This document shows positions 41,710 to 56,499 of a stretch of 64,000 nucleotides of DNA, one piece after another. The position numbers and the translations under genes are program-made. The stretch spans positions 98,890,001 through 98,954,000 of the forward strand of contig OX597815.1 in the NCBI GenBank assembly GCA_951406725.2, read 5' to 3'. Every line of letters starts with the position of its first letter. Positions within the stretch are counted from its first letter, which is position 1. The notes under the pieces are model-generated. The model did no database searches, had not been told where the DNA came from, and saw only the letters and a list, made by a program, of their open reading frames with translations. Origin of the DNA: Octopus vulgaris (Eukaryota).

Positions 41710-42126
41710 TGGTTTCAAATTTTAGTAGAAGGTCAGCAATTTGGAGAGAAGGGATAATTTGAGTACATTGATCCCAGTGATCTTCTGCCACTCATTTTAT
41801 CGACCCCGAAATGATGAAAGGCAAACTCGACATCGGCCGAATTTGAACTCAGTACGTAATGGCGCTAAGCTTTTCGACTGGTGTGCTGATGATCCAACCA
41901 GCTCACCACCTTAGATTCTGATAATATATTGGTTTCAAATTTTAGCACAAGGCCAGCAATGTCGGGGTGAGGCTGGATTACATCGATCCCAGTACTCATC
42001 TGGTACTTATTATAATGATTCCAAAAAGGAGAAAGACAAAATCTACCCCCAGCAGCATTTTTAATTCAGGAAGTAAAATCGGAATAAATGTTGCTAAGCA
42101 ATTCGTTGCGTGTTAGGTCACCACCT
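41710..42126 (-). mobile_element. Two tandem SINE family D copies (about 41710-41910 and 41931-42126)
   Basis: TTTTATCGACCCCGAAATGATGAAAGGCAAACTCGAC...GAATTTGAACTCAG is the reverse complement of the family D body. Both copies start TGGTTTCAAATTTTAG. Confidence 0.7.
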
Positions 42127-43107
42127 TTCTTAAGTTCTGATAACATGCTAAGTCCACATTACTTGGTAAGGAACATAGTACCGGTTTCCTGGCTTCTCTG
42201 ACACACACACACACATATATATATATATTCCTCCTTGGATGGGACACCTGTCTGTCGCAGGATTACTCAGTTTTACAAGCTAAGTGAACTGCAACAACGT
42301 GAAATGATGTATTTTCTGAAGAACCCAAAGCATCGCCCGTTCCGTGCCTCAAATCATACGCCATGTTCTGGTGTTATAATTTTCTTTCTTTGTATACAAT
42401 ATAGTTCTAGATACATTGCTCTTTAAATATTTACTCTTTTCTTTCTATAATTTTCGAACTTAATCACGAAAGGGTTTCCAAGTGCAACAATTTTTCGATC
42501 ATATATCGCCCAGTATATATTTTATCGGCATTTATTTTACGCACCACTAAATTGTTAGACTCACTGCAGATGTATTAATTAGAAATATGTTCTAATTATT
42601 CTGCATTTCGCTGCTTCACCTAATAATCGATTTACTATGGTTTATCACCTGATAGTCAGCAATGGCACAAAGCAGGCAGAAATCGGAATTTGATGATGTT
42701 GTGTCCAATGGTATTAGCTGTCTTTTTTAAACTATTCCTATTTTTCCGGTACTTTTCGTCCAACGTCTCTAGATTCTTTGAGTGTCAGACTTATCGTTAT
42801 TCTTTAATATACACACTTCAGATGGCCTTAAAAAACTGTCTTTGTGTATAACATACTATGCATACAAACATGGAACGGCAGAAGTTATAATATGTTATCT
42901 GAAAGAAGCATTTGAAAGAAACCTTTAAAAAGCATATAACCTCATCTAGAAAGACGGCAGACTGCTAGGCACTGGATTACGACCGGATTCGGTCTCTTCA
43001 GAGACGACATACCCCGGACGCTCTACTATAGAAATCAATACACAATGCGAATGATTTGTGCGAAATGTTATCTATACTTAGAATTATATTAAAGTTTAAA
43101 CAATATA

Positions 43108-43280
43108 GCCGCAGGAGTGGCTGTGTGTGGTAAGTAGCTTGCTTACCAACCACATGGTTCCGGATTCAGTGCCACTGCATGGCACTTTGTGCAAGTGTCT
43201 TCTACAATAGGCTCGGGCAGACCAAAGCCTTGTGAGTGGATTTGGTAGACGGAAACTGAATGAAGCCCGTCGTATGTATG

Positions 43281-43323
<43 letters not shown>

Positions 43324-44037
43324 AAAAATAAAAAAATATATACAAACTGGGACAAGAACGTGAAACACCTAGAAGACGACACAAGAAACACAGGACGGGA
43401 CATTCGAAGCCCTCAATTATCAGTCAAGAACCGGATCATCTTCGCAATTTCGGCTGATTAATCTTGAGATTGCTCCGATCTGGGCAGCCCAAGGGAAATC
43501 TAAGCCAAGCGCATTAGATCCCTTGGAAGAAAGCCTCGAATGTATACAACACAAGGACGGAGAACGGACGATGTACACGAATAAAAATACAAAAATACGT
43601 AAAAACAATAAAGAAAGCACGAATAGGAATACAAATACGTAAAAACAATAATTGTAAGGATAAAAACAAAACCAGGACGTCAGGACAACGGTCTTTCGAC
43701 AGGACGAGTTGAGTTTGGGGCTGGCTAGTGAAAGAGTGCCTTTAGGCCACAGGAGACAAACAAATACGTGTTACTACAACGACTGCTGGATGCGAAAAGT
43801 GTGTGTGTGTATGCGCGTGTGTGTGTATGTATGTGTGCGTGTTTGTGTCTGTGTCACTTGACAATCGATGCTGGTGTGTTTACGTCCCCGTAAATTAGCG
43901 GTTCGGCAAAAAGAGACCGATAGAATAAGTACTAGGCTTACAAAGAATAAGTCCTGGGGTCGATTTGCACGACTAAAGGCGGTGTTCCAGCATGGCCGCA
44001 GTCAAATGACTGAAGCGAGTAAAATAGTAAAAGAGAA
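43108..44037 (+). mobile_element. SINE family A split by an insert of about 470 bp in its internal microsatellite
   Basis: Head 43108-43275 (GCAGGAGTGGCTGTGTGTGGTAAG...GGATTCAGTGCC); tail about 43800-44037. Confidence 0.85.
43325..43797 (-). repeat. Dispersed repeat nested in SINE A, related to 28415-28645
   Basis: Shared blocks with 28415-28645 in the opposite orientation. Confidence 0.65.
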
Positions 44038-45340
44038 TACATCCAGATTTCTTTTAAAAAGTTTGCGAATACATAGAAAGTCAACAGAGTTGCCCGCCAC
44101 TGTTAAAATATGTACTATCAGTATGTCTGTTTTAGTTGCTGCATTAGGCTTAGACTTTTGCATTTAGATGTCTAATCCAGTTTATTCTGCAAGTTTTGCT
44201 GCTGTAGTTATAATCGATTTTTATAGTCATTACAAATATGTAGCAAGCATCTATATTATGGACAATTTTAATGATTTCCATCTTGCTTGTTGGTGATCAT
44301 TAGTATTCCAACCAACTTTGCTTGTTATGAGGTACAGTTGTTAAGTTGCAAATAGATTGTCTAGCATGTGGCGTAGTTAGTTGATTTCTTGATTGCCGAA
44401 TTTAGAATCACATTTCACGACTGTATTACTGAGCTAGAGCAAGATATTAAAGCTGGTACTGTAAATCTGCTGAAGGTATAGACATTGTCATTACAATTCA
44501 AGAGAATTTACAATTTAATTTTTCACTGTTTAACATTGTACACAATTCATGCTCGTTTGCACGTCTTTCACACATGCAGTTTTACTCTTATGTATGTCCA
44601 ACACTTATGGAAAGCAGAACTATAGCATTCCAGAGAAGGAATATGTACATAACTAGATACATTTAAATGTTTCCTTCGAAGTTCTACAGATTCCCTTTGC
44701 CGCTAACCACCGATATGAATACGATAGTTCTATTATTACATAAGAGCAAAGATAATACAAATATCTGAATAGAAGTTCCTGATATTCTTGAAGCTTGTAT
44801 TGAAATGGGAAAATTTGTTTCATACTTTGTCGAGCTTTTAGCTCTTCAGCTTTCATGAAAGCTGAAATTGCATCATTCACTTAACGGGAGTAAGTATCCC
44901 CATTGATATTGTTGTTTAGATCAGATCAGCTTTAATGTATAAGATCAATCATCGAAGCGTTCCACAAATGACCATCTATCTTATATTAAGACAATGCAAC
45001 CAAGACTATGTTATCGAACGCATCTTCCTTGTCTTAACATTTAAGCGCTCAGATTGAGAGAAATGTGACTCTTATTTCTACCAGCTTGAGTACTTCTGGA
45101 AAATCTCCCGCTTTGTTTTAGAAAGGTTGCCAATACAATAGGAAAAATTCGTTTAATGCATTTTCATATATCGAATGTAGTTTGATGCTAAGTTTAATAT
45201 CAATTCCTCCAAAGTAATACATACATAACTTCTGTATTGTTTAGTGTAAGGTATAAAACATACTCATCTTTCTATCTACTTTTATCCATGTGTGCGTGCG
45301 CGTGTATATGAGTGTTTCTGCGTATGTATGTCTGTTTGTA

Positions 45341-45393
<53 letters not shown>

Positions 45394-46043
45394 TATATAT
45401 AAATATATGCATTAACATGTGTGTGTCTGTGTGTGTTTGTATCTGCTCGCGAAGTGAAATATATATGACTGCACAAGCGCGAACAAATGCCTAAGAAAAC
45501 AAGTATCAAAGTAAAAGAGAATAGATAACAGGAATACTGTCAGCATCAATCATATTTTCGATGGATACAAATATCTTGTAGGCTATAAATTCTGATGACA
45601 ATTCATACAACATTTCATTAAAAGGTTTAGGTTTCTGTTTCACATACGCAGAAATGTGCATTATTTGTTCATCTTTGCGTTTATTTCTCTGCTTCACTCG
45701 TAAAAGAAATAGAAATATAACATTGAAATGGAATATACTTCTTTCCGAAATAATATTCTGTTTTTAAAACTGAATAAATGTCATCTATCGCAAATCATGA
45801 TAATAATAGAACTTATGTATGTGTGTGTGTATATATAGAGAGAGAAAGAGAGAGAGAACGAGAGAGAGCGAGACAGACAGACACACACACACTCACGCAC
45901 TCTTTCTTCTAATCAGCTATCGCACTATATCTACGTAGCTCATATAGATGCTTACACCCTTCCCCCTATTTGATTGAAGCGAATATAAACGGTAAGAGAG
46001 AGAGGTAGAAAGATAGAAAGAAAACAGATAGATAGATAGATAT

Positions 46044-46125
<82 letters not shown>

Positions 46126-46383
46126 GTAGTCTGACAGAGTGGAATAAGGTCGCGTCAGCCCGTTGTAACTGCCCATCAATATTATTCTTTATGTAAGGCG
46201 ATGTCAATGTATGGCCCAGGTTTGGATGATCAACCATCAACAACCTGACCAGCTAGAAATAGCTATCAGATATCGCTTCAAAGAGCAGTACCTTGCTGAA
46301 GCGTATTTTATATAACCCCAGACTGACCAATGCTTTATGACGGAATTTGTTAGATGGAAATTGTGTAGCTCATCGCGTATATA

Positions 46384-46462
46384 CAGGCTGGGCCAAAAGT
46401 TACGAAGGGGTTTGAATGTTTAACTTTTTTTAATTATTTGCAATACTATAGTATCATATACA

Positions 46463-46518
<56 letters not shown>

Positions 46519-47389
46519 AATTAACACTACGTATGAAAAACCGAATCTCGTAAACAGCGTTCGTTTTGTGCTTCGAAAAAACATGTCCTTTCTAAGGCGT
46601 GTTCCATAACAGCCCTTAATATTTCAGGTTCTATTACTCCTATTTCAGCCTGAATATTATTCTTAAGCTATCGGAGTGGCTGAAACATGTTAGCATAAAT
46701 GTTTTCGTTGAGATAGCCAAATAGGAAGTTGTCAGGAGTCGTCAGATCTGAAGAATGTGATGGCCAGCATATGTCACAACCGTGGGAAATTATTCTTCCC
46801 CCCAAAATAAGTCTTTGGTATTGATTGTGCTCCTTATTGTGTGAACTGTGACTTTGCCCTTTTGGAACCTCATGTCAGCTTTATCTCGAACCGCTGGAGT
46901 AAAGTATTTTCAGTCAGAGACCATTATTCATCTCCTGTAATAGTGTCAGGTTTCCCGTCATCGTCTTCGAAAAGTAAGGTCCGATCACTTATTCTGATGT
47001 CACCCCACACTAGATTGAGCACTTCCGGAGATGCAATTACTTTTTAGGGAAATGCCCTAAGATTTTCCGAACCTCAAATCCCACAGTTTCGTTTGTTAAT
47101 TATGCCATTGAAATGAAATAGGTCTTCAACTGAAAATATAAGCTTGCGAATAAATTCGCTACCTTTTCTTGCTAATTCGCGAAAGCTAACTTCACATTGC
47201 AGTCTATGGGCATAATCTGGTGGCTTCACAAGTTGTACCAACTAGATTTTTTACGGAAAAAAGTTCAAGGTTTTCAGAATACGTTAAAGCGACTCCCGAG
47301 AGACTCCAATTCCGTGAAAAATAAAAGAAATTAAATTCCAAGATAGTTATTAAATATTGCAACCTCTTGGTGACTTTTGGACCATCCTG
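46384..47389 (-). mobile_element. Degenerate rosa (DD41D)-like Tc1/mariner transposon with TIRs
   Basis: TA-CAGGCTGGGCCAAAAGTTAC / GTGACTTTTGGACCATCCTG-TA. Remnants FSVEDLFHFNGIINKRNCGI*GSEN, GPYFFEDDDG-like and WPSHSSDLTTPDNFLFGYL. Confidence 0.8.
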
Positions 47390-47399
47390 TATATGTGTG

Positions 47400-47822
47400 C
47401 GCGCGTGCATAGTGTTGTGCTGTGCGTTTATGTGCGTATGCGCGCTTGTCTCTGCACCGTTTGACGGCAGGTGTTGGTTTGTTTATTGCTGTTACAAAGC
47501 GATCCAACAAACGGAATCGTTAGATTAATAGCTGGATTTAGAAAGATTAAGTACTAGTGTCGATTAGTCCAACTAAACGCTTCAAGGAAGTGCCTCCGCA
47601 GTCCAATGACTGAAATAAGAACAAAATTTCTATAAGCACAAGGCCAGACATGTTGATGGAGATGGCTAGTCGATTATATTGGCCAAAGTTCTCAATTGAT
47701 ACGCCCTCGAAATGATAAAAAGGCAAAGTTGACCCACATGCATTTGAACAAAGAACGTGAAGAAGGGCGAAAGGCTGTTAAGGATCTTCTCCATCGTGCT
47801 AACTATTCTGTCAGCTCAACCC
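47400..47822. mobile_element. Old SINE remnants: family A tail (+, about 47400-47625) and family D (-, about 47630-47822)
   Basis: Partial similarity to the better-preserved copies in this window. Confidence 0.55.
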
Positions 47823-50218
47823 TCTATGTAAGAATTAATAATTTTATTGTTGTATAGTTATTTGAATTTAGCTTTTTATTTGGTCATGTATTATATATGT
47901 TAATGTTAGCTCATATTCAAGAAGAAGCGTACAAGATACTTAAGTAATACTTAACATTTATTCAAACTATTATAATCCTGATCTTTTCGCAACGTTTTCA
48001 TTGTATTCACTATTATATAAAGTTGCAGGGTCGGTGGTCTTAAGAAGTACGTGGCACTCAAGTCCAATTTTACAGTTTGGCATCTTTAACTATGGGCTCA
48101 CTCAGGCCAAATCTATTATAATGAAATTTATGAAAAGTCATCCGTGTAAAGGATCCTGTTTTGGGAGGTGTATTTGATTGGACGTCTTTAGCGTAGTCCG
48201 CTTTCACTAGATATTTGATCTCGATCCCGATACGTGTGTAACTTCCTGATCTTTCTCTGACGCAGTCATGTAAAAATATGTATAGAAAGGTTTTAAGCAA
48301 TGTCTAGAATTTAATATATTTCTAATAGCCATACCACATTCAAGTCTGATATTCAACTGAACAATGAATTTTTAAAAAACAGACTGGTTTCGCATATGTG
48401 TCTACTGAGTTATTTCAAGTACCACTGTAAACTCGTTTATGTGTTATCGTTTTAAGGTTTAATTTTAACTCATATGCCGTTAGAATCTTGCATTTAGTCA
48501 TATTTACTAACTTCACTATAACCGTCTGTTATTTTCTTTATAATCTCAAATTAGTACAAATTAATTATTATCATAAATCATAATGGGACATTCTAACAGC
48601 AAAATGAAATTTTGTTCTTTCATAAATATGTTATTGCTTTCAGTTTCAAAGACTGTAAATATATTTGATATGAAAATAGGAAACTAAGCATTATTTCTAA
48701 ATATCAGCAACCCACATTCTTTATTGACATACAAATAACAACTCTGCTAAACTCGCAACATTCTAATTTAAACTTAACCAACAGTTTTCGAGACATATAT
48801 TCATGAATTTTAAAATAACAAACATTAGATATAAAAGACAGTTGTAGCTGTAAGCAACCTAACAGCATGCTATTCATTTATCTCGATGTTTTCAAAACAT
48901 ATCTTCCATACAATATCGTAATTCTTAAATTTCCTCAAATCTTATAGTATCTTTTGTTTGGTTTTGGTCTTCAACAGTTCGGCGTCATTTCAGAGAAGAC
49001 CTTAACATGTTTCTACGCTACATAATAGGCGAGCCTATTGCTCTTTGCCATGTTAAAGAAGTTTTCAATATGGACTCTTCCAAAACAGTTATTTTGCTCT
49101 TGTTGATGACATCTTATATTCGTCACTAACTGCTCTTTTGGTATTTCGCTATTCATATAATATAAACATTGCGAATTCTCTTTGATTCCATAATTCAATA
49201 GTGAAATGTCTTCCTTGTTGTCGACCTTTTTTCCTATTGTTTTGTTGTATATTGTTTTGTGTTGTGATTGTTATGTTATGCTTGTTATTATTGGGTTTTT
49301 TTCATTCATTGCTTGTCGCTTATTCTCACCCACTCATTCACTAAGTCATCCATTCAGTCACTCTCATTCAATGTCATTCTCTCACACGTCTCCCTTTTAC
49401 CCCTCTTTCTCTCTTTCTCTCCCTTTCTCTATCATTTTCTCTCTTTCATCCTCTCGTCTGTCTCTTCTTCACCCTATTGATAACATTGATGCCACTTTTG
49501 AATATTCGACACTCACCGTTGTATACACATAGTTGACGTTCTTTGCAAGTTGAAAATTGTTGATTAATGGTTACGAAAATAGCCTCTAGGAGCAAGTTTT
49601 ACTTTAGAAATTTAAGAAAACAGCTTTGGACAGGAAACACAGCACACAAACAATGGCTTTTCATTCTGAAGATTTGAACACAATCTCCCTACCAACATAA
49701 GGAATTTTAGACTAAACAAGAAGGAAAGAAAAAGAAAAATATAGAAATGTATGTCAATAAAGAAGAATTGTAACAAATACGTAAACAAACTTAATATAAA
49801 CAAACAAAATTCTACGGAATTAAAACTTTGATTTTCTGACAAAATTCGTACAAGTGCCTGATAGCGAACAGTGGTGTTTTAGTTGTGTTTTTGAATTGTA
49901 ATACGCTATTGATAGTATTTGATACGGTGTAAAGGAAACACGCTAACTTGAAAAGCTGTTCCATAATTTGTAAAGAAGGCTATTATAATGAAATATGGCT
50001 ATTGTCAATGGCTAAATGCGGTAAAACTTGGCTTTGCCACAACAGAGAAAACAGGAGACAAATGAAAGTCAGAATGTTTAGATCCGTACCATAATAAAAC
50101 TAACAATTGTCTGTGTAAAGAGCAAGTATTTGGCTGTATAAAGTCGTTATAAGCGAATGGAGTTGAAATGAAATTATAATCAAAATCATATAATAATAAC
50201 GACAATATAATAATGAGT

Positions 50219-50837
<619 letters not shown>

Positions 50838-51399
50838 AATATGATTTTGTAAACAAAACGGAAGACAAGAAATTTCGCTAGTTCCTTTTCAAATTAAAAG
50901 TTCTTTGTGGAAGTTATACTCCCACTTTCGTTTGTATACTTCAATGCATGTGTATAGCAGCGAGTGCATATTGTGATTTTTTCTGTGCGCATGTATTTGC
51001 TTTTATGTGTGTGAGCATGACTGTGTATAATTTCTTCTGTGGTAGTGTTTATATGAATATTTACAACAGAGGAATGGTTAAAGAAAAAAATTTATATTTT
51101 TTATAGTATTTACTTTTATTCTTATTTTATTTTATTCATTTATCTATTTTTGTTTCTTTGTTTATGTTTTTTTTTTCTTTTTGCAAATTGAATATTGCAA
51201 AATAACATTATTCTTAGTGGAAGTTAAAAGTGTTCGTTTCAAATGGATATAGCAACGTAGGAATATATGAATATAAAAACGCAGACATACAAACAGACTC
51301 AAACATACTCAAACGTACTCATATATATATAGAGAGAAATGCATATACATACATACATATGTGTGTGTGTTTGTGTGTGTTTATATATATATATATAAA

Positions 51400-51845
51400 A
51401 CTTTTATCTTTTCCTTGTTTCAGTCATTAGATTGCGCCCAAGCTGGGGCAGCACTTTGAAGAATTTTAACAGAACGAACGGACTCCCGACTTTGCTTTCT
51501 TTTTAAGCCTGATATTTATTAAGACTAGACTTATTCTATCGGCGTTTTTTGACGAGCTGCTAAGTTACTGGGACATAAACACACCAACACTGGTTGTCAA
51601 GTGGTGGTGATGGTAGGGGGGAACAAACACAGATACAAAGACTCACATACATAGATACATACACGCACACACAACACACATATTTATAGGACGGCTTCTT
51701 TCTGTTTCCATCAACGAAATCTACTTATCAGGGTTTGGTCTCCCAGAAGCTATAGTAGAAGACACTTGTCCAAGGTGCCAAGCAGTGGAACTGAACTCGA
51801 AATCATGTGGTTGGGAAGCATTACCACACAGCTACGTCTGCGCCT
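51400..51845 (-). mobile_element. SINE family A
   Basis: GCTATAGTAGAAGACACTTGTCCAAGGTGCCA...GGAACTGAACTC...TTACCACACAGC head and TTTTCCTTGTTTCAGTCATT tail. Confidence 0.85.
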
Positions 51846-52109
51846 ATGCTTTTACACACACACACATACATACATACATACATACATACATACATACATA
51901 CATACATACATACATACATACATACATACAGTGGTTTCCTCCGTTCTCGTCGAAACAAACCAAACTCTATGAAAAAAAAACGATTATTAAAGAGTACAGT
52001 GTACATACACAAGGCTGAACAAAAAAATTTCTGAAAAAAAACGTGCCATTGAATGTTAATCGATATATGACGATAAGGCGCGCAGGAGTTGCTGTGTGGT
52101 AAGTAGCTT

Positions 52110-52349
52110 GCAATAGGTTTTAATGTTATCTTGATGCTGAAGATGAAGATGAAGGTAATCAAAATGGAAAAGGTGCCCATTAATAATATAACATATGTGC
52201 TGTGGTTCGTTGTGATACTCTTATTTTTACTGTATTGAAAGTGTTTTGCGTAGGATGCATGTGATGCATAGTACTGCTATTTTTTGTATCTAATATATAC
52301 TTGTTAGTCTTGGTGTTTTTGTTATGTATTTGTCTGGATATTATTGTTT

Positions 52350-52350
<1 letters not shown>
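52110..52350 (-). mobile_element. 3' terminal fragment of a second R4/Dong-like family
   Basis: Minus strand ITKTPRLTSIY*IQKIAVLCITCILRKTLSIQ*, the QK-x-x-LG-T-x-x-ILR type C-terminus of RLE LINEs. Confidence 0.6.
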
Positions 52351-52393
<43 letters not shown>

Positions 52394-52417
52394 GTTGTTG
52401 TTGTTGTTTTTGTTATT

Positions 52418-55400
52418 GCCTTTACACACTTTCTAACGCTACAGTGTCAGCTATTCACTACTAGTGAACTAAGGTAGCCCCTCTTATTTTTCGAGCACCT
52501 TCTGGAGTATTCAAGTGGTTCCAAGTAGTGCAGTTTTCTGCAAGTGCTCCACCCTTACTGCAGTCCCTATTTGTTTCATGTGCTTCTCAAGATTTTACTC
52601 ACTGTTCCCAGGGATTCGACAATTATGGGTACTACTACCACCTTTTTCCTCGAAAACAACTGCTTAAACTCCCAAGCTAACCTGTCATATCTATCGACTT
52701 TTCTTTCTTCTTTATTGCATACCTCGTTGTCAGCTGGGAATACTATACAGTTTGCTTTCTTTCTCAATTAAGACTATGTCTGGCTTCCTATTTTCTATCC
52801 CATGGTCTCACTGAATCATTTAATCACACAGGATCTTTGCGTTATCATTTTCTATGCTGATTTCGAGTTTGTGGTCATATCAATTTTTGGCTCTGCCAAG
52901 TTCATACTTGTTGCAAAATGTCCAATGGACAAGCCTTGCTATATTGTCGTGGCGTCTCTTGTATTCCTTCTAGGCTAGTGGTGTACATTGGTCGTATCAC
53001 CACAAACTGTAGTGAGTTTTGGCAAGTCTATGGCATTCTCAATTAATACTGTGTCTGGTTTCCTATTTTCTATCTTATGGTCACAATGAGTCGTAAAATC
53101 CCATACGATCTCCGCATTACCATATTCGATGATGCCTTCGGCTTTATGTTCGCACCAATCTTCTGCTCTCTCAAGTCCATACTTGATGCAAAGTATCCAA
53201 TGGACAAGCTTTGCTATGTTTTCATGACGTCTCATATTCTTTCTGTGCTAATGACTTTTAATATGCCATACCGTTTCACCATTTGGTCCACAAATTCTGC
53301 ACTTATCGCTTTCTGATGTGTTGTCTATTCTGTAATTGGTTCTTAATGCCTGCTCTTGGGTAACACAGCTTAGAGCCACCGTTTCCGGTTCAAAATCACT
53401 TTTAGTCATCCATAGCCATCTTTTGTTTCTGTCTGTCTTATCTTCAACATCCCTATGAAATTGTCCATGCATTCTTTTCTTTATCCATCTATTTTCGGGT
53501 TCATTCATTCTCAAGTGCTTGTACAGATCTTTGCAATCTTCCAAACTACACAAGTCTTCTTACTTCCAATACTAGCGATTCTTTGGCATTTTTGCATACC
53601 ATGCTATGTTGTTTTCTTCTGCTCTCATGCTATATTCGCATCAAATAAGTGCTCTTCCTCCTATTTTACATGGTATACACAGTCTGTCTGTGTCACTCTT
53701 TGGGTGGAATGTCCCATATCTAGTCAGCAACTTCCTTGTATTTCTGTCTCAGTTGTTTAGTTCGGCTACTATCCAAGCGATTACCCCTGCTCCATATCTA
53801 AGGAGTGAAACCGCCCAGGTGTAAGTTTCAATCTTATTTCGACTTAAGGATCAACCGTAGTCTGCGCAATTACTCCACCTTAAATTTTTCTGTCATTTCT
53901 TTCTCCATCAATTCATCCATTTCCAATATTCCCCAAGTACTTATAGTCCGTCTCTTCTACTTGCTTCATAACCTCCCCTGAAGGTATCGATAGCCCGTCC
54001 ATTCATTTGATTTTGCCTCTCTTCAAGACTAACAAACCACATTTTTTTTCAGTCCGAACTCCATTCTGATATCAGCACTTAAAGTATACACTGTATCAAC
54101 GAGGGAACTGACTTGGGATTCATCTTTATCATAAAGTTTGAGGTTATCCATGAACCACAAGTGTTTGGCATGTTGTTGGTGGCTCTTGAATGCATACCCA
54201 GCCTTTGCTTTTCTCAGAATCGGTGATAGTGATATCATGCGCAGTACAGAGATCAGTAGCGACAGGCATCATATTGTATGCCTTACGATAATCTAGGATA
54301 TGGCTAAGTTAGTTTTCCTCCTGCTGCATTTGTCTAAGTACAATTTTGTCTACCTGGAGTTGATCCTTGGTACCTCTGCACTTCTGCTCATGTAGTAGGG
54401 ACTCCAATTTGTTTTACCAGATGTTCGTATATAGACTCTATGACTATTCTAGTCAATAATTTCCACATAAGGGGAATATCGGCTTGTAATTGTCACCAGC
54501 ATTGCCTTTTTTGATGTTTTTCAAGTACAGCACTGTCCTCTTGATTGTTTACTACTCTGGTGTTATTTTTTGTAGAATCTCTTCTGACTTATTGTGAATA
54601 ACCTACTCTACTTGTATTCCTTCATTCTTTGGTCATATCCCACTGTCTTTGCAACGAGACGCTATTTAAGTTTCTCCATTACCACTTTCAGGCCCTTTCT
54701 TTCAATATCATACTTCCTGTTCAGTGCCCTGTATTTCTGTTCGCTTTTAAGTTTCCCCTTATTTTTTCGGTTTAACACAGAAATGTCTTTCGAGAGGTTA
54801 TCTAACCTCACCCGTATTCTTCGTTTCCACCGTAGATCTTTTCTTTCGCCACTCCCATTACATTTCATTTTCTTGACATCAATACCTCCATTTTCTGCTA
54901 CAATAATACTTGCTACCTTGATCAAAATTATTCTTTCTGTAATGTTTTCTGTTCTGATGTATTTCAGAATTGCATTCACATTTTTCATTTCTTGGTTCAA
55001 TTCCCACCGAACAACCTTTTTTAAGGTTGCAAATAATGTCGCTATCGTTCTCCTGTAGTCTTGCCTTTATTCTGTCGTACATTGCCTTTTGCCCATCTGC
55101 CATGTCACCATTAGTTTTATTGTCTTCTTTTAGACCAGCTATATATCTCTCATCAAGCAGTTTATTAGAGATCTCAATTATGTTTTCTGCTGTGAGTTTA
55201 CTTTTATCAGTGAGAACTGTATTTTCATCGTTTCCTCTGCTGCTGTTTCCCAATACCCGTCTTTTGACAGTTTGGATCTCTACATCAGTGAACCAATGTT
55301 TTTTCTTATTACTCTAGCTTGATCATATGATCTCTGTTCCGTGAGTTGAAACTATCCTCTTTCACTCCATTGATCATACATACATTGTCGGTATCCCTCA

Positions 55401-55740
55401 ATATGAAAGCCATTTTCGTCTACAGGGCTGCTCAGCTAGTAACACTCCATGACCACAGCATTGACTTGTTTGTTCCATCTACACCGTGTTTGCTCGTCCA
55501 TTGCTGGACAACGACAGACTGGAGCCGGATCAGTATCTCTGAGCCTGCCGTGTGCAACATTGTCACCATCGAGGACTTTCATTTCCATTACCTCCGATAT
55601 TCACAATGTTTTGTTTTTTTCATTCTCGCTCATATGAGGTGGCGTTTATCAGGTTTGTGCCATTACCAGTGTTTTTATTGTGACACCGTCACTAGATGTA
55701 TCATCAATCAAGACATGGGAAGATTCCAACCGCCTCCTTT
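52418..55740 (-). mobile_element. Near full-length but decayed R4/Dong-like RLE LINE between (TAA)-type tracts
   Basis: N-terminal basic region (LRWKRRIRVRLDNLSKD), RT (HLWFMDNLKLY), MHGQF, CRICGPNGETVWHI, RRHENIA...WDF...RKPD (RLE) and VVPIIV-x-x-LG. Same family as 38206-39800. Confidence 0.87.
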
Positions 55741-56499
55741 TATTATTATCATTATCATCACTGATATTATTATTTTCCTTTTTTACTATTTGTCATTATT
55801 AATATTCCCTGTGATCCGACATAAATTTTGGCTAATTATCATCAACACTTTCGTGTTAATACTGGGCTCCGGGTCTTATCTAATAGCGTAGACAATTTGA
55901 GAGAGAGCGCCGCTTCTATAATTATAAACAAATAAATGTAGTCAAACGAGTCAAAGAAACAAATAAAAAACTAATAACCACCCGTTTTTTCCGTGGGGGT
56001 ATATATTTGTTTAATGCCGGGGTATGCATATCTGATTAATGCTTTTGTGATCAATAATGCCTAGTCTTTTCCAATTGGTTTTATTCGATTCGCTTATGTG
56101 TGTATGTGCGCTTTTTTATACATTACTTAATGTTATTTTGAAATATTAAAATGTGCTTATGTAAAACTAGGGCATATACATAGTTAATTAGTTTACGTAC
56201 TTACGTGTTTGTGATGCGTACTTAATCGGATATAATCCAATATGGACTTTCTCGGGTACAGTCCAATACTTACTCGAGTGTAGTCCAGCGCTTTGTCAGT
56301 GTGGAAGGCGTGATTACACGTGTTGTACGAGTTGATAAACAGTTAAAATACATCGTTACATTCGGAAAATTGAAAAAGATTTAATGAGTATTACTTATTC
56401 AGATATAGTTCAACACTTTGTCAGTATTATCTGTCAGTAATTATTTGTCAATAATAAATTATTATTATTATTATCATTATTATTATTATTATTATTATT

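Noticed and set aside
44653-44880. Protein-like minus-strand ORF NDAISAFMKAEEL... as a host exon
   Set aside because: No recognisable homology and weak splice signals; needs RNA-seq or a translated search.
48070-48300. Protein-like minus-strand ORF ...YLVKADYAKDVQSNTPPKTGSF... with a possible GTGAGC donor near 48100
   Set aside because: Plausible exon but unsupported without homology or expression data.
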